Part shown: piece by piece, positions 29,760 to 37,451 of the stretch
Position numbering within the stretch: the first letter of the stretch is position 1
Layout of the letters: every line of letters begins with the position of its first letter
Source: an uncultured virus (IMG/VR IMGVR_UViG_3300009605_000001)
Taxonomy: Duplodnaviria > Heunggongvirae > Uroviricota > Caudoviricetes
DNA: 64,000 bases
Strand: one strand, 5' to 3'
Virus record (IMG/VR): IMGVR_UViG_3300009605_000001
Made by a program: the position numbers and the translations under genes
Notes under the pieces: generated by a model
What the model saw: only the letters and a program-made list of their open reading frames with translations
The model's database searches: none
Told to the model about the DNA's origin: nothing

Positions 29760-30752
29760 TTAACCCACAAGTTGAAGAGCAGAGCGGAACACTTTAGTAG
29801 AATCTTTAGCATTCGTACCAATCAAGTTGCTATAGGCAGCAGAAGCGGGGGTCTTCTTACGTCCTCTAGTAGCAACGCGGTGCTGAATGTGATTCGTAAC
29901 AGAGTTCGCTGCAATCCAAAGATTTATACCAAAGTCTTTGGCTTCTTCCTCAAACGTATTAGTCCATGAAGAAATCTCAACAGCAGCCTTAACCTTTTCT
30001 GCTTCCTCTTCTTCATTGGTGGGGTTGTTAACAATAGTTACATCGTTAAGCATCTGATATACAGACACGAAGAACTTCTTAACATCCTCTACCGTGGGCT
30101 CAGTACGGCCAAGAACTTTGACAGTATTCTCAAAGAATGTACCTACCTCATTGTAACGCATGACAGCATCACGGGCAGCATCCATCTTTTCTTCCATATT
30201 ACCAGCATGTTTAATACTGATCTTGTTAGTAGCCTTGTCAGCCTGACCAATAACCATATCTAATGTGTTCTTACATACAACACGTACAGATGTGGGTAGT
30301 GCGGTCATAGACATACTACCATCATGACTCCAGAATAAAGCCATGTACTTATTAACTGCATCATTATAAACAGCATCAAACGTTTCTCCCTTAAGGAGTA
30401 AGTAAACCTTTGAACCGTTCTGGACTGAGCCTGCCGACTCAACCTTTACATCCTTACCGAAACACTCAGCAAGCCTGAACACTTCCTCATTCTGAAGTAC
30501 TTTGTAGTTTGATCCTACAATACCCAGAATATCAGAAGTATCTTGTCGTATAATAGCATGATGATCATCACTATAAGACATAAGTGGAGTGTTGGTAAGG
30601 ATACCATTACTCTTGCTTACTTTCCAACCAAGGTCGGCTTGTTCAAGTGCATCACTAATACTAAACGGATTCTCAATTACCTTACCAAGGCCGTGCCATG
30701 CAGGCTTAGCAAAGTATACTGCAGAATCATTCTCCGTCATCTCGTGTGACAT
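29760..30752 (-). CDS. DUF932/DUF945-family phage protein
   Basis: PAWHGLG, ADLGWKV, YKVLQN, SAGS, SHDGS and VRVVCKNTL motifs. Confidence 0.88.
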   Translation of the reverse strand: MSHEMTENDSAVYFAKPAWHGLGKVIENPFSISDALEQADLGWKVSKSNGILTNTPLMSYSDDHHAIIRQDTSDILGIVGSNYKVLQNEEVFRLAECFGKDVKVESAGSVQNGSKVYLLLKGETFDAVYNDAVNKYMALFWSHDGSMSMTALPTSVRVVCKNTLDMVIGQADKATNKISIKHAGNMEEKMDAARDAVMRYNEVGTFFENTVKVLGRTEPTVEDVKKFFVSVYQMLNDVTIVNNPTNEEEEAEKVKAAVEISSWTNTFEEEAKDFGINLWIAANSVTNHIQHRVATRGRKKTPASAAYSNLIGTNAKDSTKVFRSALQLVG

Positions 30753-30912
30753 TAGTATCTCCTTCTATATTGTCACTCAATAAACTTTCCCAATCTTTAT
30801 TTTCCCACTGTTGAAGAATACCTTTAGTTTCTCGGCGGGACTTATAACTCTTAGTCTTTCCTTTTGATTTATCGTCTTTCTTTGGCTTCCTTCTCTTCTC
30901 TTCTCGTCGCAC
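30727..30912 (-). CDS. Small basic early protein
   Basis: 61-aa ORF with GGAGGGAG RBS and GTG start. Confidence 0.5.
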   Translation of the reverse strand: MRREEKRRKPKKDDKSKGKTKSYKSRRETKGILQQWENKDWESLLSDNIEGDTNVTRDDGE

Positions 30913-31075
30913 GATCTCCCTCCTCGGTTGATAGAATATATTCTAATACATCACCCACTGGTATCCAACCAGCAGTTTCATGTAAGACGAAACCATCGTC
31001 TGTGTAATCACAAATATATCCAGTCCGAAGTAAGGAATCAAAAAGAGTAGAAGTTATAGTAACTTGTATTTCCAT
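30869..31075 (-). CDS. Hypothetical early protein
   Basis: 68-aa ORF, tightly packed. Confidence 0.55.
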   Translation of the reverse strand: MEIQVTITSTLFDSLLRTGYICDYTDDGFVLHETAGWIPVGDVLEYILSTEEGDRATRREEKEAKERR

Positions 31076-31390
31076 TTATACCTCATAAACCTTATACTTA
31101 GCTACGTAGTGTGGGTGATCATACTCAGCTGACTCTAGTTCAGCCACCCAATCGAGTTCTTGATCGGTTTCAATGTCTCGTAGATAGCCTGTAATATTTA
31201 CATATATCATCTCGTCCTTGTCAGTAGTGTATTCTACCATAGCCACATCATCTGTCAAGCGCATTCTCATACATACATCATTTTCTTTTGATCCATGCCA
31301 TTCGTAGGTACCAATCCCCTCATCTTCATAAGCATACTCTAGCTGTTCATTAATCTGATCTCTTACATCATCCTCAAGTAATATCGTCAT
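31076..31390 (-). CDS. Acidic hypothetical early protein
   Basis: 104-aa ORF with AGGAG RBS. Confidence 0.65.
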   Translation of the reverse strand: MTILLEDDVRDQINEQLEYAYEDEGIGTYEWHGSKENDVCMRMRLTDDVAMVEYTTDKDEMIYVNITGYLRDIETDQELDWVAELESAEYDHPHYVAKYKVYEV

Positions 31391-31580
31391 CGAATCTCCT
31401 AGCTTTATAAGTAGCCTTGCTATCTTTATTCAACCATTGAACATCTGCAGTAGTGGATTGTCTGGTAGGATATATAGCGGGTAAGTCTACCCAGTCTACA
31501 TTATCATCCCAGTAACCACCATCAGTTAGCCATCCTTCTGAAGCACCTGATACCCAGATACCCCATTCTTGCTTAGCCAT
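31374..31580 (-). CDS. Hypothetical early protein
   Basis: 68-aa ORF with GGAG RBS. Confidence 0.6.
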   Translation of the reverse strand: MAKQEWGIWVSGASEGWLTDGGYWDDNVDWVDLPAIYPTRQSTTADVQWLNKDSKATYKARRFDDDIT

Positions 31581-31668
31581 TATGGTTCTCCATTACAAAC
31601 ACAATACACTGCATATAGAATCGCACATGCAGGTAGTAGTAACATTATAATTAATACAGGTATAGGTA

Positions 31669-31911
31669 TCATAGCTGTGCCACCCATAGAATCCCAAAGA
31701 TACCACAAGCAACTACAATAGCAATAATAACACCACCAACAATCCAAAAGTTCCTTTCTTTCCTACGTTCACGGGCTCTTTCTTGCCACGATGTAGTAGT
31801 TGTACGAGGAACCATATCATAAGAAGGGTAGGGACTGTTGTCTTTCTTTATTACCTTCTTAAGCATTTCCTTTTGCTTTCTCTTAGTATACATCTCATTC
31901 CAATAAGCCAT
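31669..31911 (-). CDS. Small membrane protein
   Basis: Likely start MAYWN after AAGGAG; C-terminal TM helix. Confidence 0.6.
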   Translation of the reverse strand: MAYWNEMYTKRKQKEMLKKVIKKDNSPYPSYDMVPRTTTTSWQERARERRKERNFWIVGGVIIAIVVACGIFGILWVAQL

Positions 31912-31926
31912 TGTTGTTCTCCTTAA

Positions 31927-32000
31927 TAGCTCCGGTGGGACTCGAACCCACACTGTATGGATTTTAAGTCCACTGCCTCTGCCAATTGGGCTACGGAGCC
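31927..32000 (-). tRNA. tRNA-Leu(UAA), short variable loop
   Basis: GGCTCCG TAGCCCAATTGGCAGAGGC A GTGGA CTTAAAA TCCAT ACAGT GTGGG TTCGAGT CCCAC CGGAGCT A folds as a cloverleaf; no encoded CCA. Confidence 0.92.
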
Positions 32001-32003
32001 AAA

Positions 32004-32076
32004 CACTCCGGGCAGGATTCGAACCTGCGACCCACGGTTTAGAAGACCGTTGCTCTGTCCCCTGAGCTACCGGAGC
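32004..32076 (-). tRNA. tRNA-Arg(UCU)
   Basis: GCTCCGG TAGCTCAGGGGACAGAGC A ACGGT CTTCTAA ACCGT GGGTC GCAGG TTCGAAT CCTGC CCGGAGT G folds as a cloverleaf. Confidence 0.95.
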
Positions 32077-32080
32077 AGCA

Positions 32081-32374
32081 TCAGTAGGATCTCCAGTGTT
32101 CTTCGTCTTCGGTTTCTATAAATGTAATAGTTACCTTCGATGGCCTACCTTCATCGTTGAACTCAATCTCAACAGGGTAAGCTCCATCACCGTATCCACT
32201 AGAGACAGCGACACCAACGCCGTGTCCCAAGGGTGTCGATACACCCTCATGGGTATGCAGTTTATCACAGAAGTCCATCCAATCAGTGACTCTGTTAGTT
32301 GCATTATCACCCATGACATAGCACGGGTCGCCAATCCAGATAAGACCAGCATCAACATATACTTCTTTAGTCAT
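32081..32374 (-). CDS. DUF4241-like protein
   Basis: VDAGLIWIGDPCY and SSGYGDGAYPV motifs; start MTKEV after AGGAG. Confidence 0.7.
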   Translation of the reverse strand: MTKEVYVDAGLIWIGDPCYVMGDNATNRVTDWMDFCDKLHTHEGVSTPLGHGVGVAVSSGYGDGAYPVEIEFNDEGRPSKVTITFIETEDEEHWRSY

Positions 32375-32717
32375 CTGATTTCTCCTTCTCTTCTTCTGCA
32401 ATTCGTTCAACCATATCAAGTGCTTCGTCGAATGCAGATGCTTTCTGTTCTTTATCTTGTAGTTTCTTGGTTGCCCAAGGACATTCATCTATACTATCCA
32501 CTTCCCAGTCACGCATCTCACTATCATCGGCTTCCCAGCCTTCCCAGTCATACTCCCAAGGGTCATTCATAAACAAATCCTCTGCTTCATCCTTGGTTTC
32601 TGCCTCGACTATAGCGTAACACTTTCCCCATGATGTTTCCGAATAATGAATTGTGATTTCAAATGCTTTCTTCATCTTCATCCTCCTCAACTTCAAACCA
32701 TTGAGCATAGTATTCAA
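32367..32717 (-). CDS. Acidic hypothetical early protein
   Basis: ORF with VEAETKDEA motif; start uncertain. Confidence 0.6.
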   Translation of the reverse strand: MNTMLNGLKLRRMKMKKAFEITIHYSETSWGKCYAIVEAETKDEAEDLFMNDPWEYDWEGWEADDSEMRDWEVDSIDECPWATKKLQDKEQKASAFDEALDMVERIAEEEKEKSDD

Positions 32718-32952
32718 CTAAGTTATCAATACCATCAAGACTACCGCAGCCATCACGGCCACCGCATTGCCAATAGAAAGTTTCGGCTACTTCCATCCAA
32801 TGCTTAGCCTCACGTTCTGCCCAGTATACTTCCTCGTTGAAGTCAGACTGCTTACGCCTTTCGTAGTATTCATCACCATCAGGTGGTACACCCCACATAG
32901 CAGAGCTGGGGCATGTACCCCACATGTCAGGCTTATCATTCAGATTCATCAT
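32659..32952 (-). CDS. Acidic hypothetical early protein
   Basis: 97-aa ORF overlapping its neighbours. Confidence 0.6.
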   Translation of the reverse strand: MMNLNDKPDMWGTCPSSAMWGVPPDGDEYYERRKQSDFNEEVYWAEREAKHWMEVAETFYWQCGGRDGCGSLDGIDNLVEYYAQWFEVEEDEDEESI

Positions 32953-33211
32953 CTTCTAACCTTTCAGCTACAAGTTTCTCAACAGCACTACGGAAGTCAT
33001 CTTCATAGGCACAGCCATGTCGATCCATCCAGTCTTCCGCCATTACCTCGACATCAGACTCAAGATCTCCTGCTATGTTCTCACCGATCTCTTCAAATGC
33101 CTCTTCCATTTCATGGTCAGTTGCTTCCAGTTCATACTGGATCTCCCGCCAGATATGGGTGCTGGGCATGTAGTGGTTCACGATATATTGTAAATCATAA
33201 ATCATACTCAT
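32936..33211 (-). CDS. Highly acidic early protein
   Basis: 91 aa, very D/E-rich. Confidence 0.6.
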   Translation of the reverse strand: MSMIYDLQYIVNHYMPSTHIWREIQYELEATDHEMEEAFEEIGENIAGDLESDVEVMAEDWMDRHGCAYEDDFRSAVEKLVAERLEDDESE

Positions 33212-33319
33212 TAGTTTTTCCGTCCTTTTCTACGGAGTCCATACTTATTCTTCTTAGAACGACGGGGCTTACCCTTCTTTCTAATGTTAGCAATGTGTGA
33301 CATATCAGCAATTGTTTGC

Positions 33320-33634
33320 TTAGCCATTGTCAATATCCTCTAAATAAAGCATACTTCGAATCATACATAAAGGTATCTTAGTTAAGTGCCCACATTCTTT
33401 GTCACCAATAGAATCCGTGACAGATATATGAGTTGAGTACTCTCCTATAAGAAAGCCTACGGTTTGCATAATAGGGGGAGGAGATTCAATAGAAGACTTA
33501 AGATCCTCTAACTCCTGCCATCCATTATCACCTATAGTTTCAGCATCAATCCACAATATCTTTACTATAGGGTTTATTATTGCGTTCATATTGAAGCTCC
33601 TGAAACTTTCTAACACTTTCGTGTATAGGTTCAT
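33320..33634 (-). CDS. Conserved phage hypothetical protein
   Basis: W.DA...W, TVGFL and IP..MI pattern common in phage small proteins. Confidence 0.65.
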   Translation of the reverse strand: MNLYTKVLESFRSFNMNAIINPIVKILWIDAETIGDNGWQELEDLKSSIESPPPIMQTVGFLIGEYSTHISVTDSIGDKECGHLTKIPLCMIRSMLYLEDIDNG

Positions 33635-33863
33635 AACCTATATAGCCATATTCTTCCAACCAATTAAGAACATTACCGTCCTTGTTTGATTTAAACACTA
33701 AGGTTTCCCATCCTCCATGATCTCGGGCAAGTATACGCGAAACCACATAATATTTACCCTTGATCATATGAAGTTCCTGTCTCTCTTTATCGACAAGATC
33801 TTCCTTCATACTTAACTCTTTTACAAAAGTTTCCATATTACCATACTTCAAACCCATCTCCAC
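33546..33863 (-). CDS. Hypothetical early protein
   Basis: ORF with WETLVF motif. Confidence 0.55.
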   Translation of the reverse strand: MEMGLKYGNMETFVKELSMKEDLVDKERQELHMIKGKYYVVSRILARDHGGWETLVFKSNKDGNVLNWLEEYGYIGYEPIHESVRKFQELQYERNNKPYSKDIVD

Positions 33864-34287
33864 AGTTGCGGAGGAAAGTTATCCATTCCTTTATATGTTC
33901 CCATCGAGTACCGTATGCAGACATTACATCTACCTCAGGTTCATCAACAGGATTAACGAAGCGATGTCCGCCATGTTCATTAGGCTCTCGTTCAATCCAC
34001 ATATCGAGATCATCGAGTTCCTCTGGTGCGTATATCTCTTCTGTTGTTGCCATCTCATTCCAATCAAGCCATTCTTCCATAAGGTCTGCCATCTTCTGGC
34101 ATACCTCTTCAGAGCGAGGACCGCCGCCACTATTCTCTGCCATAAGATCCCATTCTTGATGGGTCAAATGATCAGCAGCACCACTGTTAGCCATAGCTAC
34201 ACATAAGGGTCGCCATGACCAGCAGTTAGCACGAAAGTACTCACCCTCTTTAGTCTTAGGATTAACTCCTACTACGTCCATGCCCAT
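33838..34287 (-). CDS. Conserved phage hypothetical protein
   Basis: Start MGMDV after AAGGAG; GEYFRANCWSWRPL and FLRNCGDGFEVW motifs. Confidence 0.7.
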   Translation of the reverse strand: MGMDVVGVNPKTKEGEYFRANCWSWRPLCVAMANSGAADHLTHQEWDLMAENSGGGPRSEEVCQKMADLMEEWLDWNEMATTEEIYAPEELDDLDMWIEREPNEHGGHRFVNPVDEPEVDVMSAYGTRWEHIKEWITFLRNCGDGFEVW

Positions 34288-34288
34288 T

Positions 34289-34603
34289 TCAGGCTCCTTT
34301 GTTAAACTCTTTTTTCCATTGCATATAAACAGGAGGTAAGTCGTTACGTCTACGAGTCCCCACCTTAGGGGTTGCAGAAACAAACTTACCTTCCTTATCG
34401 GTTACATGATCCCAATCCTCAGCATATGCCTCAATAGGAAGATACAAATCTATCTCACCATTAAGATGCATATATTGTAGGGAGTTGAGATCATTACAAT
34501 CTTTACAATTAAACCTATTACCGTTGATCTTGATAGCCTTACCCTTATAGGTAAACTCAGAACCAACAGGCTTAAGGTTATCCTGAAGCCATTTCTTCAG
34601 CAT
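34289..34603 (-). CDS. Hypothetical early protein
   Basis: 104 aa, AAGGAG RBS. Confidence 0.65.
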   Translation of the reverse strand: MLKKWLQDNLKPVGSEFTYKGKAIKINGNRFNCKDCNDLNSLQYMHLNGEIDLYLPIEAYAEDWDHVTDKEGKFVSATPKVGTRRRNDLPPVYMQWKKEFNKGA

Positions 34604-34613
34604 TACTTACTCC

Positions 34614-34970
34614 TTACAGGTTGATTGCAGTGAAGGATACAGTCGATCCTTCGGTGGCGTTCTCGTATACCTTCCTATTATAGAAAGGATTCTTCACGCT
34701 GTCAACCCCTCGAAAGAACTTCTTTACATTATTATCTGTACGAATCTGGAACACATAGCCCTTGATTGGGACATGTGTATCTTCAATATACAGAGCATAA
34801 TCTGGGTACTGATTCAACAGGTTGTTGATTGCAGCTACCCCTAGTTCTACCTCGGTTCCGTTGAACCAAGTCTCCCAGTCACCTTCATTGTCATGGCACG
34901 CTTCAACAGAGAAGCTAGGCACATCAAATCCAGAGACTCGGGAACGTACTGTAATGTTTGGATACATCAT
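34614..34970 (-). CDS. Hypothetical early protein
   Basis: 118 aa, GGAG RBS. Confidence 0.65.
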   Translation of the reverse strand: MMYPNITVRSRVSGFDVPSFSVEACHDNEGDWETWFNGTEVELGVAAINNLLNQYPDYALYIEDTHVPIKGYVFQIRTDNNVKKFFRGVDSVKNPFYNRKVYENATEGSTVSFTAINL

Positions 34971-34972
34971 TA

Positions 34973-35185
34973 TTATTCTCCAAAGTTTGAATTCATCTCC
35001 ACACCTACGTTAGCGTGAAGTTTCTCAAGTTCGTTCAATCGACTGAAAGCCAAGGATCGTACCTCAGTCTCAGTCTTATCAGTGTCAGTTACATTAGGGA
35101 AACTCTCTCGAATTTCCACAGGGTTACCAAAGCCGTCTACGGTATTATACACGAAGACACAATAGGTGTTATCATTCATCATCAT
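34973..35185 (-). CDS. Hypothetical early protein
   Basis: 70 aa, AGGAG RBS. Confidence 0.6.
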   Translation of the reverse strand: MMMNDNTYCVFVYNTVDGFGNPVEIRESFPNVTDTDKTETEVRSLAFSRLNELEKLHANVGVEMNSNFGE

Positions 35186-35493
35186 TTATCTCCTAGATAC
35201 CAGTCAAGAAACTCAAGCTCTATCCAATGCTTATGATCCTCTATTGAGTATACCATGGAATCTTCGTAAGTATGAAGCATAGCATGGAGATCCCATTGTT
35301 CGGAATCGAATCTTTCTTTGTATTCCTCATATGGAATCTCAGTCCACGTACCCTCAGTGAATTGGGTAGGTAGATTGCTGGCAAAGAAATACTCATCAGA
35401 AATTGCATCAGAGATCAATTCCTTGGCATTATCGGGGGCTTGCCATACCCAATTCCGATACCCGTATTCTTCGTCTACTAAAACTGTAAGCAT
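35182..35493 (-). CDS. Acidic hypothetical early protein
   Basis: Likely start MLTVL after AAAGGAG. Confidence 0.6.
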   Translation of the reverse strand: MLTVLVDEEYGYRNWVWQAPDNAKELISDAISDEYFFASNLPTQFTEGTWTEIPYEEYKERFDSEQWDLHAMLHTYEDSMVYSIEDHKHWIELEFLDWYLGDK

Positions 35494-35515
35494 AACTGCT
35501 CCTTTGAAATAAACT

Positions 35516-35601
35516 AGCCCCGTGGGAATCGAACCCACTAGTCTTTAGTTTTTAGGCTCTACGTCACCCTACTTACCCTAGACACGTAGAATGTAGTCAC
35601 C
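35516..35601 (-). ncRNA. tRNA-like structured RNA (non-canonical)
   Basis: Perfect T-arm GTGGG-TTCGATT-CCCAC; short closing stem GCCCT/GGGGC; internal stem TCTACGT/ACGTAGA; no canonical anticodon arm. Confidence 0.4.
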
Positions 35602-35716
35602 TCGACAGGGCATTAGATTGTTCCAGTGTATTACCAGTTATACTACATACGCGACGCGCGTAGTACATTACATACTATATTTCGCCATATGAACGGGAGT
35701 CGAACCCGTATCTCTG

Positions 35717-35788
35717 GAATGTTAGAGTAGTTTAGTGTCATGAGGCTTATATTGCCTTCCCATAGAGTTACCGCTCTTACTCAGGACA
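35717..35788 (-). repeat. Structured repeat, copy 1
   Basis: About 72-nt near-identical copy of 36481-36553. Confidence 0.85.
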
Positions 35789-36089
35789 AGTATATCGACC
35801 CATCCCGAAGGTTCCCGCCAAGGGTAGTGGCGCTATCATTCCTTATAAAGATGACACATTTGCTACTCTTGGCTGCATCTAAACCTCAACCTAGCCCCTT
35901 CAACCGTCCAACATTACTAGGCATGTCTATATAGTTCATAGTGCAGAGGATTAGGCTACACAACCGTCAGGGGTGGCTCAATTAGTCTCACTTGGCTAGC
36001 ACAATGCAAGCCCTAATGATACATCACATGAAGCGGTCTATGGCAGGGTCATGACTCCCTACATCCCTTTGTTCTCACACGTGTAAAAA

Positions 36090-36168
36090 TGGAGGCGGGC
36101 GGAGTCGAACCGCCGTCTTCGAGAGTCCGACATGCGGAGTTCTCTCGAATCTAAACCAAATCACCCCC
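36090..36168 (-). ncRNA. Mini tmRNA-like RNA (tRNA-like domain only)
   Basis: GGGGGTG ATTTGGTTTAGA TTCGAGAG-16 nt-CTCTCGAA GAC GGCGG TTCGACT CCGCC CGCCTCC A: G3:U70 pair, A73, stemless D-loop, P2-like stem, GAC linker, T-arm. Confidence 0.75.
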
Positions 36169-36480
36169 CATAACGCGGAAGCCAGCGTGCTACCAGTCAT
36201 AACACTACTAGGCCCAAGGTGCGACCTTGGCGTAACCTAGACAGGATTCGAACCTGTTCTACTGGACTCTCCTTGTTGATTGTTGACCGGCAGGATTCTC
36301 TATACCTGCAACCGAGAGATATCGTAAAGATATGGTCACCTCAGTACCAGCGTGATCCCAGTCAAGGGAATGCCCTAAACCACTTGGTCGTTGGGCAGAC
36401 TACCACAGTCTACGCTTGTGCCTTAGGCTCCGATGTCAGAAGCCTTATTCAGCCACGGTCTACCCCCGTCGGGGTGTGTT

Positions 36481-36553
36481 GAATGTTGGAGTAGTTTCAA
36501 GTCATGAGGCTTATATTGCCTTACCATAGAGTTACACACTCTTACTCAGGACA
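36481..36553 (-). repeat. Structured repeat, copy 2
   Basis: Near-identical to 35717-35788. Confidence 0.85.
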
Positions 36554-36686
36554 GTGGTGATGCATCCCTCCCAATATTTATACAGGTAGGGAGAATCCCC
36601 TGTGATAGTTGTCTCCCCGCATCCTATAGATGCTACGAGGAATTCACAAGGCTCTCCGAAGATAGCCTATACCTCTCTAAAGGGAG

Positions 36687-36719
36687 AAAAGGTGTACCCC
36701 CGTTATCGAGGGGTACACC
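36687..36719 (-). terminator. Intrinsic terminator
   Basis: GGTGTACCCCTCG-ATAA-CGGGGGTACACC followed by TTTTCT on the minus strand. Confidence 0.75.
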
Positions 36720-36751
36720 GAAGTTTGTCGAAAAAAGCAGATGCCCGTAGA

Positions 36752-37030
36752 TCAAGCCTTCTTGTCGGATTTCTCTTCCAACAGGGTAATCTTGATCCCA
36801 CACGCTTCTAATTCCTTCTGAAACGCGGGTCTCTTCTCGCATGCCTTCACAGCACGGGATATCCAACGGTTCATTGCCAGCTTACCCCACTCTTTATCCT
36901 TCACGCCCATGACATTCCTAGCAGAGCACAGGTTATCCTTGATCGCCTTCTCGCTATACTCACGAGTAGGAGACTTCTTGGACCGCTCCGCAGGTGTCAG
37001 GGGTGTGATTTCGTATTCGTATGTCATCAC
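36752..37030 (-). CDS. Hypothetical early protein
   Basis: 92 aa, GGAGG RBS. Confidence 0.65.
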   Translation of the reverse strand: MMTYEYEITPLTPAERSKKSPTREYSEKAIKDNLCSARNVMGVKDKEWGKLAMNRWISRAVKACEKRPAFQKELEACGIKITLLEEKSDKKA

Positions 37031-37237
37031 AGACCTCCGTTAACCTTAAGTCTAACCTCAGGGTACATACACATAGTATGTAAACCCAATAACAATAACA
37101 ATACAGACAAACTAAGCTTCAAACTTAGCTCATACTATACTATTATACCCATGTATACCGCCCACGCACACAAGTGCTGCTCACACAGCAACTTACCACG
37201 TGCCCCGGCGGGCATAACAGAGTAAGGGATACTGAGA

Positions 37238-37341
37238 CAGGCGGAGCCTGAGCTAGTGTCCCACGGATTACAAGGCGGAGCCTAATCTATACTCCACAGT
37301 TGCACATACACGTTCCATATTATATATGCAGGGCGGAGCCC
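37238..37341 (+). promoter_or_regulatory. Three GGC-GGA-GCC triloop hairpins (N4 vRNAP promoter-like; + strand is the template for minus-strand genes)
   Basis: CAGGC GGA GCCTG (37238-37250), AGGC GGA GCCT (37273-37283) and GGGC GGA GCCC (37331-37341) in a non-coding gap. Confidence 0.55.
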
Positions 37342-37385
37342 CTGTAAAGACAGGCCACACTTGACTAATAAATAGTCGGTTCAGA

Positions 37386-37420
37386 AAAGCCCCCCTGAGG
37401 AATCTCACCTCAGAGGGGTG
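37386..37420 (-). terminator. Intrinsic terminator ending the first early unit
   Basis: CCCCTCTGAGG-loop-CCTCAGGGGGG followed by CTTTTCT on the minus strand. Confidence 0.75.
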
Positions 37421-37451
37421 GAGTTTATTCAGTCTTTACTTAAGACTTAAC

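Noticed and set aside
35685..35720. T-arm hairpin as a complete tRNA gene
   Set aside because: No matching 5' acceptor strand, D-arm or anticodon arm at the right spacing; kept only as part of the ncRNA island
35717..36553. Repeat pair as a CRISPR or mini-CRISPR array
   Set aside because: Only two ~72-nt copies, about 690 nt apart; no repeat-spacer periodicity and no cas genes
36090..36750. Full-length tmRNA with a tag ORF
   Set aside because: The 5' and 3' ends of the tRNA-like domain are only 79 nt apart, and I could not identify a resume codon or tag reading frame nearby
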